Positions 26,384 to 56,794 of a stretch of DNA of 64,000 nt are shown piece by piece (within the stretch, counting starts at the first letter, position 1; the number at the start of each line of letters is the position of its first letter). Position numbers and translations under genes: made by a program. Source of the DNA: Amoebidium appalachense (taxonomy: Eukaryota; Protista; Ichthyosporea). Under the pieces are notes generated by a model. The model was not told where the DNA came from, did no database searches, and worked only from the letters and a program-made list of their open reading frames with translations. Location: positions 11,088,888-11,152,887 of the forward strand of contig CAVNZM010000003.1 of the NCBI GenBank assembly GCA_963693365.1. Direction: 5' to 3'.

Positions 26384-26650
26384 TCGGAGAGAGAGAGAGA
26401 GAGAAAGCCTTGAAAGAGATCTAGAGAAAGAGAGAGGGGAGTACGGCACGGTGAGGAGCCTCATGTGAGAGAGAGAGAGAGGATGTCCACAATGTACATG
26501 TTCTGTCACATTGAATACTATGTGTGAGTCTCCGACTGTTAAATTGTGTCCGTAAATCAGTAATACTATGTGTACAGGCAGGTAGCTAGACGTTTTTCTC
26601 GATAGATGTGGTCTTTTTTTCCTACGTTAACGTACGCGTGGCCATGTGTG

Positions 26651-26783
26651 TAGGTTTTTTGGCCGCTGGGGTGTGGTCAGGTGACCCACCCATGTATCAT
26701 GTTTTTTGTGTCATGTTTTGTTAGGTTTTTTGGCCGCTGGGGTGTGGTCAGGTGACCCACCCATGTATCATGTTTTTTGTGTC
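26651..26783. repeat. ~71-bp period tandem duplication
   Basis: TAGGTTTTTTGGCCGCTGGGGTGTGGTCAGGTGACCCACCCATGTATCATGTTTTTTGTGTC twice. Confidence 0.85.
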
Positions 26784-27115
26784 TGATGTTTTGTGTCATG
26801 TCATGTTGAACTTCATGTCATTTAATCAGTTGTACGGAGTCTAGCACCTGTTACATGTACTTGTGAGTAGAAGTTTCTGTAGAGTATGGGGGCGCCATTT
26901 ATGGTATGTATGTATATATTACTGTAATACATGTACTCAGTAGACCATCTGTATAGTATTGCATGTAAACGCGTAGTTCGTGTAATTCGAATCTGTACAA
27001 ATTCACTAAGATAGAAGATCTGCAGCAGTGCCACGTCTGCATTTAAATTAATAAATGTTAGCATGTATCATACATGTACAGTCGATACGTTGGCCTCTAT
27101 ACCAGGCGGCACCGT

Positions 27116-27158
<43 letters not shown>

Positions 27159-28096
27159 CAAGTCCAATGCATGGGTATCCAAATGCATATCCGGGAGCCT
27201 GCAGCCAATAGATCGCTCTGTGACTTCGGAAGCGTCATCTTGCTATCTCCCCCCGGAAACACCATATCACCAAGGTACGTCTGCCAGAGTCCGACTCTAT
27301 GTGCCGATCTCGAAACACAGTTATATTTCTGTTAAGTTATTTCTGCACCCATAAAAATTTACGAATTCACTGTTTGATGCCTACCGTAGCCATGATGCCG
27401 CAAACGATGGCACTGCTGGCGCGGCCGCCGTGACCAAACGTTACCGTCACATGCACAACCTACCGGTCGATCAATTTGAAAAAACAATATCCAATATACC
27501 GGTGTCTAAATTTACGGATTTTACGTGTTTTGAGGGGTATCTATCAATAGGAACCCAGGGTATGGAGAGCCGCGCGCAGTGCTGCCCTGCGGAAACGCCG
27601 ATCGATGAACACATGCATTATGCCACTTATTTCAAAGAAATCATCATGAACACCACACAAGAAGACTAAAATAAGTTGTTTAATATAGTTTACTGACACA
27701 ATTCCAAAAAAATGAAGCCTTTTCCTACAATTATGTAGCTAATAATACTCTTCATCCTCCACCCAGGACAACCCTGTATGGTACGTCTGTCCAGTATAGG
27801 GTAAAATACCACGCGCGAGATAGGCTTGGCTATTTTCCTATTGGTTTAGATTTATCAGTTTGCTCCGGACCGATCGATTGTCGGAAAGTAGTCGTTTTTG
27901 CTACCACCTACTGAGGCGGTGTCTCCTTTCTCAGATTTTTTTTTTTTTTTTTACCTTAAATGGGACCGTTTTTGCTAACACGTACTGACGTGTTGCCGCA
28001 CGTGCGACGTTATACATCTACTGCGGCTAGTACTGCCAACACGTACTGATTGCCGCACGTGCGACGTTATACATCTACTTGAGGCGGTCCCTTTTT

Positions 28097-28131
<35 letters not shown>

Positions 28132-29216
28132 AAAGGGAGACACCGCCCCAGTAGGTGGTAGTCGTTTTTGTGACTGTTTGCACATGTCGGATACATGGGA
28201 TGCGGTAGTCGTTTTTGGCAAGAGTGAGCTCGCGTGAGCGAACTCGTGTTTCTTGTGCCGTCACTCTTTACTCGCCCCAGCAAGGGATAGATTACTTGCA
28301 GTGTCGTGTGTACTACCCTAGGCTGCACACACAAACACACCCAAGGAGACACATTTTAGATGGCAGGCCATCACCACAGCCACTCAAGGGAGGGTGGGCG
28401 GGAAAAACAAAATACTTAACTAGAGAAAACAACCGTTTACGGGCCTCAGAAGGCCCTGCCAACTTGCTAGACTAAGGACACATTCTGCTCAGGAACAGTG
28501 CCAGCGACTGAGAGGCCTAACTTACATTAACGTACAGAGAACTGATTGGCTAAGCCATACCTAGAGACTAACCAATCGGAATGCAAAGTAGCTGGCAGTT
28601 CGAATTCCACATGTCACTTCGTCGTCGTGGCTGCGGCCGTTCCTCAAAGAAAACCGTTATTTTTCTGTAGATATATTACCATACGCTGTCCCGACTATAC
28701 GCGTAGGTGTGTAAAGCGCAGGTTAGCTCAGTGACGTGAGCTTCGTAAACACCGTGTTAATGCGCGCACCATGATAGAATTTCAAACTTCATGTTGCACT
28801 GCCAGGTGATAGTTGCCAATTACGACGGTCTCCCAACCATGAGCCCAGATAGATATAAGGAACAAGGGTACGATATGTGTGCCAATGTATATACATCTCT
28901 ACCTTTTTATCTGCCTGAGTTATGAGCGTCTTGAGCCCTCCTACCTAACATCTACGCGGGGCACTGGTGGTCGTTGCATTGACCCACTTGTCATCGTTAA
29001 AATTGACAACTGTGGGTTTGTCTTTGTTTTTCCGTGCACTCTCATCCTCAGTTAAGTTGACGAACTACTCGAGATAAACGTGGTATAATAAAGAGAATAT
29101 ATTACTATTAGTCCGCACACACACACACGCGCGCGCGCACACACACACACACGCACGCACGCACACGCACGCGCGCGTGTACACAGCCTGGCACACACCG
29201 CGACGCATCCTTGAAC

Positions 29217-33254
<4,038 letters not shown>

Positions 33255-33318
33255 GCCTTTTTTTTTTTTTTTTTCCCTTCTTCTTTATTTTTTCTTTTTT
33301 TTTTGGGGGGGGGGGGGG

Positions 33319-33349
<31 letters not shown>

Positions 33350-33389
33350 TTTTTTTTTTCTTGGCCCCTTTTTCCTCGCCCTTTGAGGA

Positions 33390-33465
33390 GCCGCTGTGGC
33401 CGAGTGGGTAAGCTCCTCGCCTCCGACGCCGGAGGCACCTGGTTCGAATCCCGGGATGTAGCGCA
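33390..33465 (+). pseudogene. Degenerate tRNA (Arg-CCG-like) or tRNA-derived SINE head
   Basis: Box A TGGCCGAGTGG (33397-33407), box B GGTTCGAATCC (33441-33451), loop CT-CCG-AC; acceptor and anticodon stems are mismatched. Confidence 0.6.
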
Positions 33466-33589
33466 TTGGGGATCGGATGCGCTGATTGGACTCGCCTGGG
33501 TGCTGAACTATGGCAATGGCCCTCTAAGCTAACTCCAATTGGGGTAGTCAAGGATCGGATGCCTTGGCTATTGCGGAAAGTTTTTTTAT

Positions 33590-34172
33590 TGAGATAATCC
33601 GGATATATTTAGAAAATCCTGATATTACTTCTATTGACTATCTAGATAAATGTATTTATTTATCTCAGATTCTTCCGTTAGAAATTTGAAGACTAGCTTA
33701 TTTAGATAATCCTGATATTACTTCTATTGACTATCTTTTTCTCGCAAACATCTAGATAAATGTATTTATGTATCTCAGATTCTTCCGTTAGAAATTCGAA
33801 GACTAGCTTATTTAGATAATCCTGATATTACTTCTATTGACTATTTTTTTCTCGCAAACATCTAGATAAATGTATTTATCTCAGATTCTTGCGTTAGAAA
33901 TTCGAAGACTAGCTTATTTAGATAATCCTGATATTACTTCTATTGACTATCTTTTTCTCGCAAACATCTAGATAAATGTATTTGTTTATCTCAGATTCTT
34001 CCATTAGAAATTCGAAGACTAGCCTATTTAGATAATCCTGATATTACTTCTATTGACTATCTTTTTCTCGCAAACATCTAGATAAATGTATTTATGTATC
34101 TCAGATTCTTCCGTTAGAAATTCGAAGACTAGCTTATTTAGATAATCCTGATATTACTTCTATTGACTATCT
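33590..34172. repeat. AT-rich ~110-bp tandem satellite, about 5 units
   Basis: GATAATCCTGATATTACTTCTATTGACTAT recurs at 33705, 33815, 33921, 34031 and 34141. Confidence 0.93.
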
Positions 34173-34862
34173 GTTAAACCACCGTATGTTTAACGAGTTT
34201 TCTAGGGTGTATGATTATTTGAGTCGTTATCTCCTCCGTATCCGTGAGTAGGGGTTTTTGTATTTTTCTTCTCTGAGATATCTGTGATATCTCCGGCTTG
34301 CTTCTCTTTCATGAGCATATCAATAAAGTCAATATAAAAAAGAGTTCTTCAAGTTTCTCTTTTTTTACCTTTAGGAATATTTGGTGACTCAGTAAAGTGA
34401 TGTAGAGTGAAAAGCCCACTTTCACGTAGAGAAGCTTGTCTATGGCTCACTCCAACATTTAAGCCTTTTTTCCCTTAAGTGGGTTTCTTAACTCTTTTTT
34501 TTATTTTTTGTGTTAACGTTGTTTATAAAAAAAAAGTATAACAGGATCTCAAGATCTCAAGCACGTTTTTGTTCCGAATGTTTGCAGGTTGATCATGAGC
34601 GTACAAGGGGATCCTGGCAGAGCCACTAAGGCTTTCAAATTTGGGCTAACCTTGCAGGCCCACAAGCTTGGCCAGTAGCCTAATATTGCAAATAAATTCA
34701 TTGATTAACTAATATAGACAACAATAGATCTTCAAAAGTTTTAAAACCTAGGACTCCATATATGAAGACCGTACGCGTGTTGTTTGTATCTGTAATCGCT
34801 TGTATCTTTCAAAGGATCTGAATAAACGTCTGGTCCGACATCACTCTTGTTTTGTTTTCTTC

Positions 34863-34894
<32 letters not shown>

Positions 34895-34960
34895 CTTCTT
34901 CTTCTTTTTCTTTTTTGTTTGTTTGTTTGTTTGATTGATTGTTTGCCCGCGGCAAGAGAA

Positions 34961-34995
<35 letters not shown>

Positions 34996-35144
34996 GGGAG
35001 CCAAAGGGAGAGAAATCTAGAGAGAGAGAGAGAGAGAGGGAGGGGGAGGGAGGGAGGGAGGGAGGGAGGGAGGGAGGGGGAGGGGGGGAGGGAGGGGGGG
35101 GGGGGGTGTGTGTGTGTGTGTGTGTGTGTACGGTGTGTGTGTAC

Positions 35145-35190
<46 letters not shown>

Positions 35191-35618
35191 ACGCTTGAAT
35201 CCACTTCAATCGCTTAGTAACTCACGTTGGTTCCAGTTTTGGAAAAAATGGTACTAATTAACGGCTTGAGAACAAAAGTACTTATGCATATGTGTGTTCG
35301 TGTGTGTGAGTGATAGTGTGTGTGTGTGGCTGTGTCAGTGCGCAAGTGTTAACATGATTTACTTTCAGGCCTTTCTTTCAAACCCCCCCCCCTCCCCCCC
35401 TCCCCCCCCCCCCCCCCCCCCCCCCCCAACACCCACACACACCCACACCCACACACAGGCCCCTCCCTCCCCTCCCCACATTTTCCGATAGCTTTGCCTC
35501 ATTGATTTCGAATTCGATAAGTCATTGGCCTACCTGGATCTTGTTCACAGCATAATCGCCCAATCATATTTTGTGTTAAAATTTTAACTTAACTTCAGCA
35601 CAACAACTTACACCACAG

Positions 35619-35728
<110 letters not shown>

Positions 35729-36457
35729 AGTACTCTGTATACACTGCCATCTGTATTAAAAATTAGGCCCGCTCTTCACACGCACTAAGAATATACATGC
35801 ATGTCTAGATCTACCGCTAGAAATGAACATTTACCAGACATTATTCGTTAATAAACAGCACATTCCCACCCCCACAACATGCATCAGATAAAAATTCACC
35901 AAAAAACCAGTAGTCAAGTCACGGAAATTTCGAATTCGAGCTCTACGTACTGGCCACATCTCACTCGTTTCCTTAAACTACCATCGGCCTACCTCACTGC
36001 TAAATTGTCACAGCCGGGTATCAGCTACCTACATAAAATTCGCGCATTTTCAGAACCGTTTTCCCACTTTCAGAAATATACAGATCATCACAACTCCGAG
36101 TCACTAAGTCAACAAGATAGTTATTTTCTCCCCTGCTAATACACACAGTCACCCTACCTGATATCAAGTACTGTCTCCCTTCCTAACTGTTATAAAGAAA
36201 AAGAAAAAAAAGTAGGAATATTAGTAACAGATACTATAGCTGTAACAGCTAAAATCATGTGTTCACCAAGATGCTGAAACATCTAAATCATCTTCCAACA
36301 AACGCTAAAATGCGGGAAAAACGGAGATCTGCCGAATCATCAAACAAAGTCCATCACTAGGCCCACGTTGTACAGAATCGGCACCTCATCACATCTCACA
36401 TACATCTCGCTAATAAACATCACCATTCCCCCTACCTATATACTACTAATGTAAGTA

Positions 36458-41893
<5,436 letters not shown>

Positions 41894-42471
41894 TTCTGCT
41901 ATCAACACATGGTTCCAAAACTGGTTGGCTTTATAGGTTTTTGTGCCAGGAATGAGGCGCCCTATTCTGTGGCCGTGTGCAAGTTAGCCACTAACTTAGT
42001 GATTGCCAACACTGGTCGGCCATGTGACTTTCCAGGCTAAAGGCTTCAGCTGAACACCCAAAGAAATCCAAAAGAACAGACGTTTAAATAGAACCTTAAA
42101 CATAGCTACATGACATTTTGAGTGAAAAATTACTTAGTGAAGTAGGCATCACAATTGGAACATGCCCTTTCACTGCAGTGCATAGACAGAGCTCGTTTCG
42201 AAAACAACAACTGCAAAACAGAATGATTGTGCTGGTGCTTTCCGACCCTGGCAAAACATTCTCATACAGCCAATCATATTCTTGCAATCACAACAAATTG
42301 CATTCCTGTGTCTTTTTTTATTGCCTCTGGATACTAGTAACGGCACGCCCTGCCGGGCTTTGCCTTAATCATGAAGAAGCGGAGGTGGAGGGCTTGTGTG
42401 TGAGAGATTTGAGTGCTCTCTCACTTCTATCTCCCCCCTCCCCCTCCCCCCTTCCCCTCCCTCCCGCTCTT

Positions 42472-42544
<73 letters not shown>

Positions 42545-42574
42545 GCTCCCTCTCTCTCTCTCTCTCTCTCACAG

Positions 42575-42622
<48 letters not shown>

Positions 42623-42641
42623 CCCCTCTCCCTCCCCCCCT

Positions 42642-42732
<91 letters not shown>

Positions 42733-42744
42733 CCCCCTCCCCCC

Positions 42745-42782
<38 letters not shown>

Positions 42783-42789
42783 CCTCCCC

Positions 42790-42847
<58 letters not shown>

Positions 42848-42866
42848 CCCCCTCCCCCTCCCCCCC

Positions 42867-42969
<103 letters not shown>

Positions 42970-43599
42970 TATTTTAACAGTTTTAAGGTGTGACAATATC
43001 GCGGAGGCACTGTAATAGCACGCCCTACCGGACCGCTCGACACAGCAGACTTCCAGAAAATCCCGAATCTTCTGGCAAACACGAAACACGATCACCATGG
43101 TTACCATATGAAGGCTTTTTAAGCAATAACATGAAACACGATCACCAATAGTTTTGCCCCGCTCCCACGTCCGCGGCATTACATGCTCGTTAGTTACCAT
43201 ATAAGGCTATTTAATCTCTGCCAATCGTTCTGCCCCGTTCAGGGGCGGACTCACGGACTCACGGACGGACGGACTCACGGACTCAAACCGCGGCTTGAGA
43301 TGTCGAAGCTTCGCCGACTCCGCTTCTTCATGATTGGCGCTATAGGGGTCCGGAATTGATGACGTCACTAATTGAGAAGGAGGGCAAGCACCGATTGGGG
43401 GCCGCGAGAGAATTGGCGCCAACTTTTCCCGTTTGCGAAACGGAAACGAAAGTCCATGTGTGCACCACGTTACGCGGCCTAAACAAACGAAAAATATTAA
43501 ACGTAAAACTAGGGAACTAAATTGTATGGTTACTTGTTATTTAGTTTTTACCTTCTGTTGCGAATCTTAAAAGGTATACCCCTAAGGGGTGTCCACACT

Positions 43600-45110
43600 A
43601 TGCCCTCTCGTTGTGCAGCAGACCACTGTAAGGCCACTGCTGGGCCTAGTTGTAAGCAGGTGCTTATTCGAAGGCACAGTGCAGAGGTTGTTAGTTCTTG
43701 GTTTAAGCAAATACGGCCAAGGTACACGGAAGATGACCTGAGGAAGGATCTAGGGGTGTGCCATGTCCATTTTCCCGAAGGGTCATTTGTGTTCGGCCCC
43801 ACTGGGCGACCAACCTAAGTGGCTGGGGCCATACCGTACACACGTGAGTAAGAGGAAGGACTACGCCGGCAGGCCGAAGACGCCAAAAGGCAGCGGGAAG
43901 CAGACTTGCTCTTGGGGGAGGACGGACGCACCAAGCGTCGTCGCGAGCGGGAACAAAACGCATCGGTTGATGAGCTCAACAAACAGATCGGCACACTCAA
44001 CATTGTGGTGGGGAAGCGAAACAAGCAGATTTCAGACATGGACTCGGAACTCAAACAGTTGCGGGACAAATGTGCCGTTTTGTGAGCACGTATGGAGACT
44101 GTTGAGCGCAAAAACGAGAGTCTTGGTCAGCCTCTGAAAGAGAAAGAGATCAACTGCATCAGCAAACTCACCTACGATGGTGTTGTGCAGTCGGACTTTA
44201 AAACTCGTTTCTACACACATTTCACAACGGGCAATGTGTTCAAAGCGTTCATTTTGCTCTGTTTCGAATTTCACTTCTGTATATGGGGGTCGACCCAGTT
44301 ATCGGGGTGGGGGCTCGGGGCCCAAAGAGAGCACTGTCGTTTGAGAACGCAATCCTGCTGGTGCTTGTGAGACTGCGGCACAATTTCCCGTTTCACCACA
44401 TGGCCTTCCTGTTTCACATAGGTGAAAAGACAACACGAAAAACGTTTTGGCGGGGCTTGTATTTGCTTAAATGCATGTTCGAACACCCTCTTTTGGATCC
44501 ACTACAAAACGGTGCCTTTACTGCAGCCGCCGTAACTGCAAACGCCCTGCCTTGTTTCAAGCAAAACTATCCCCATGTCGCTATGATTTTGGACTGCACG
44601 GAATTCTTTATTCAGGTGGCTGGTAACACTGAGCTCCAAACGCTTACATACTCCAGATATAAAGGACACAACACTGTAAAAGTTTTAGTTGCCATGCTTC
44701 CCTCTGGTGAAATATTCTATGTATCATCGTGTTATCCAGGTAGAATAAGTGACCGTCTTATTACTGATGTGTCGGGCATAATAAAAAAATGCTGGCCTGG
44801 TGCACAGGTTATTGCAGACAAGGGTTTCCTCATAGAAGATCTGCTCAAACAAGCAAATATGGACCTTGTTATCCCTCGCTTCCTTGCAAAGGGAACAATC
44901 TTCTCACAGGAGGAGCTGGCCTCCACCCGTGATATTGCCGCTGTGCGATTCATATTGGGAGGGCGAAGGTCCTGGAGAACAAGATACTCACGGATACTGT
45001 TCCCATCACCATGGTGCCCAATCACTCCCAGGTTGTCCGAGTTTGCTTTGGGCTTACACGCTTCCAAGGCAAACTCGTGCACTGGGAGGAAGAAGCCCCA
45101 TAATAAAGCT
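43600..45110 (+). mobile_element. Decayed PIF/Harbinger-related (ISL2EU-type) transposase: THAP zinc finger, coiled coil, HTH_Tnp_4, DDE_Tnp_4
   Basis: THAP-like MPSRCAADHC...W...VCHVHF; HTH LLVLVRLRHNFPFHHMAFLF; DDE_Tnp_4 motifs ILDCTEFFIQ, YSRYKGHNTVK, YPGRISD, ADKGF, DIAAVR; frameshifts and in-frame TAA/TGA. Element ends not identified. Confidence 0.85.
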
Positions 45111-45486
45111 AATTGTTTTTGTCCCCTCCAGCCCCCCTCCCCCCCCCCCCCCTCCCCGTCCCTCCCCCCCTTCCCCCCCCCCCCCCCCCCCCCTTCAGTT
45201 ACCCAGTCCCCGTGAAAAAATATGTATATATAAAAATACCAACATAAACAATGGCGTGTGTTTATGTTTTTCACTGAAACGGGGGGAAGGGGGGGGGGGG
45301 GGGGGGGGAGGGGGGGGGAGAGGGCGAAGGGGAAATGAAGCCTTTAGAAAAACACGAGGCCGACAGAGAGGGAAAAAAACGAAACCTTCCTGTCTCCCCC
45401 CTCCTCCCCCCTCTCCCCCCCCTCTCCCCCCCAGGCCCCTCCTCCCGCCTATTCTTCCCACACACAACCACTACACATTCCTGGGT

Positions 45487-45520
<34 letters not shown>

Positions 45521-45805
45521 GCAAGCACGCACGCACGCACGCACGCACGCACAGACGCAAGACCTTGTCACCTCAGTAGTTGTGGTAACAGTAGACCTTC
45601 ATTCGTTACAGCACATGGCATACATAACCTAGTACACAGCACTGCCTAGTTACAACTTTCATTACATTTATACAGAACACAAACACCATTTATTATCCTT
45701 AACCGGTTATGGTTACCATATAGCACTACTACTAGCGTTACTAATTTATAAAAGAGACTTATCACTTTACATCGATCTACCTTTTCTTTCGAGCGAGTAC
45801 AGATG

Positions 45806-45853
<48 letters not shown>

Positions 45854-46106
45854 CTAAGTCATTCCAGCTCCAAAATATGAAAAGAGTATTCATATCAAGA
45901 TGTAAATTCTACTAAATAGGACAACCACTTTCTGACATTTGTATAGAATTTGGCCTAACACGGCTGAGACGATTTTTCGTTTGTCACCATCTCAGTGCTG
46001 AGAATTAAAGATGACTTACTTCCATTCGAACGAACGGCCCCATGTTCATATGTGTCTTAATTTGGGGAGCTTCCCGACACTTCCCGACGCTTGTTCACGA
46101 TCGTGT

Positions 46107-46160
<54 letters not shown>

Positions 46161-47230
46161 CTCTTATGGTGTATATTCAGGTTTTTTTTTTCTTTTTTAA
46201 ATTTTCTTTTGTCTTTTGGTGTCTCCTCCCCCCCCCCCCCTCCCCCCCCCCCCCACCTTCCCCCCCCGGGCCCCTTCTCCCACCAACATCATGACGCACA
46301 CACATAAACACAAAAAAAAAAAAAGAACAGAAGAAAAGTAAGAAAGGAATAGAATAACTTACCCTTGTCGTTCTTTTGCGTGCAAAACGGCTTAACGTAA
46401 CATGTATGTACGTACGCGTCTCTTTTCCTATAATTTAAATTTCAACTTCCGTTGCAACTTTCTCCCCTAGCCCAGAACTTATGGCTAATAAGCTCGAGTG
46501 CTTGCACTCGATACATACTAACCTGGGTTTTGCTGCTCAGTGTAGGTGCATGTACTTCACATTATTCCCGCAATATTCAATGACTTGCACAGTCTAATGC
46601 ACACCGTATCATCACGGACCAGCCCACGCACGCACGCACGCAAGCATCCATGCACACACACACCTCCCCCCCCCCCCCCCCCCCCCCCCCTCCCCCCCTC
46701 CAAAACACACACACACACACATACACACTAACACACACACACACACACACAAACACCGTGGCACACACTCAGTCACGCACGGCCGCGGCCCACCAAATGG
46801 AATGACAACCCAACACCCAGCACGTATGCGCTCAGATTTATTGCCTACGTAAGAGCGAGGTTGTATCGGCACCATTTGCCAAGTTAAGATGAGTCGTGGG
46901 TCCCAGGATCAGCCTTCACCGTCTTAAGTATTCCACCTGCGTTCTGTGTTATTCAAAGCTTTCAAAACATGTAGCCAGCCACATACCGTCACCCACCCAC
47001 CCACACACACACACCGTGGCACAAACACACACACACACCGTGGCACAAACACACAGACACAGACACAGACACACAAACACACACTGCACACTGTGACACA
47101 CACACACACACACACACACGTGCGCGCAGGCGCGTACCGTTTGTCCCCCCCCCCCCCCCCCCCCCATGGCCTTCTCCCTCACTCTCTTTCTTAGGCTTTC
47201 ATTTCACTGTTCTTATTAATTAGACGTCCT

Positions 47231-47276
<46 letters not shown>

Positions 47277-47615
47277 ATACCACACACGGACAGACGAAAT
47301 TGAATACCAGGCACCCAGATTGAATCTGCTGGCTCTATTATCGTTCTGTCTCGAAGTGCAGGAATCCCTGTCTCCAACCTGTTTTGAGGCACATGCTGTC
47401 AAACACAATCATGTGCACATATACACACACACCTATAAATACACACACAGACACCCCGGCGTCAGGCACCTGACACGTGCGCATTTTTCTGTATTAATAT
47501 GCCGCGCCCTCCTTTCTGCTGCCAAATATGGTGTTACCAAAATGACTAGCTTCTGCTCACACACAACTACGCAACCTCCCACCCTCCTCTAGATCTCCCC
47601 TCCAACTCTGCCCCC

Positions 47616-47658
<43 letters not shown>

Positions 47659-47774
47659 AAAAATAACCCCCGAAAAAAAAAACGTTACTACGGACAAAAG
47701 ACGGGTCCCAGCACGTTTTAAACGGTTCCCGTGCGTACAGCTCCCACACCAGCACACGCCACGTGCACAACTTG

Positions 47775-47812
<38 letters not shown>

Positions 47813-47910
47813 GCACACACACACACAAACTCCCCCCCCCCCCCCCCTCTCTCTCCCTTTGTCCCCTCCCTCCCTCCCTCCCTCTCCACACGCATGCATG
47901 CACGGCACAC

Positions 47911-47989
<79 letters not shown>

Positions 47990-48262
47990 GCACACACATT
48001 TACTCACTCATGCACACGCACACACGCACACACGGGTACACACACGTGTGCAGGCACTGGCTTGTTTCCGTTTTCCAAGAAAAGAATACGGACATTAAGA
48101 GGTATTGGGAATCTTCACATTGCATCAAGCTCTGCCTCTTCCGTGTAGGCGAGAGAATAAACATGCATACCATACTAAACTACGTATTATATGCATATGA
48201 GCTATACAGTCGCGCGCGTCACCTGGACAACACCTCTACGTATACGTACACATATATACCCA

Positions 48263-48299
<37 letters not shown>

Positions 48300-48309
48300 A
48301 CACACACAA

Positions 48310-48341
<32 letters not shown>

Positions 48342-48542
48342 AAGAAAAAGGGGGGGGGGGGGGGGGGGGGGGGGACACCACCATTCGATTACAGGCTTTG
48401 CAACCGTACATTTCAAACACAAACGCAGACAATGCTCGAACGGTTTCTCCCAACTCTCTCTCTAAGCTCCCAATCTCCCACCATACGAGAGGCCAAAGAG
48501 GGAGGAAGAGAGAGGAAGAGGCAATGATGAAAGGGGAGGGGC

Positions 48543-48587
<45 letters not shown>

Positions 48588-48645
48588 ATCAACCCAGGTG
48601 TTCGCAATCAATCGCCCATTCTTCACGGAGCCAAGAAAAAAAAGT

Positions 48646-48685
<40 letters not shown>

Positions 48686-48733
48686 AACTGGCCATATCAA
48701 AGTCAGTCCTATGCCATGCATCTTGAACCTAAA

Positions 48734-56521
<7,788 letters not shown>

Positions 56522-56760
56522 ATTTTTACACAGGAGTGGCACCAAAAAACTAAAATATCAGCGACGGGTTAAGAAAAGGGTTTTGGTAAAACAGACGAGA
56601 AATGAACGGGTAAGAAAGTGACAGGGAGGGGGGAAGGAGGAGAATGGTACTATGAGTCGGGTACGGAAGAAAAAAAAACCCGCACAAAAATATCACGAGC
56701 GTGGGCTGCTTCTTGAACGCACGGTTGTTTGCGAGTCCCCTTTCAGTGAAAACGTTGAAA

Positions 56761-56794
<34 letters not shown>

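Noticed and set aside
25874-27669. Short ORFs at 25874-26185 and 27430-27669
   Set aside because: No recognisable domains or splice structure; probably decayed repeat or intergenic sequence.
33390-33465. Functional tRNA-Arg gene
   Set aside because: Acceptor, anticodon and T stems have mismatches; kept only as a pseudogene or SINE head.
33590-34172. Regular array that could be taken for CRISPR
   Set aside because: Units are near-identical over their full length with no unique spacers or cas genes, and the context is eukaryotic.
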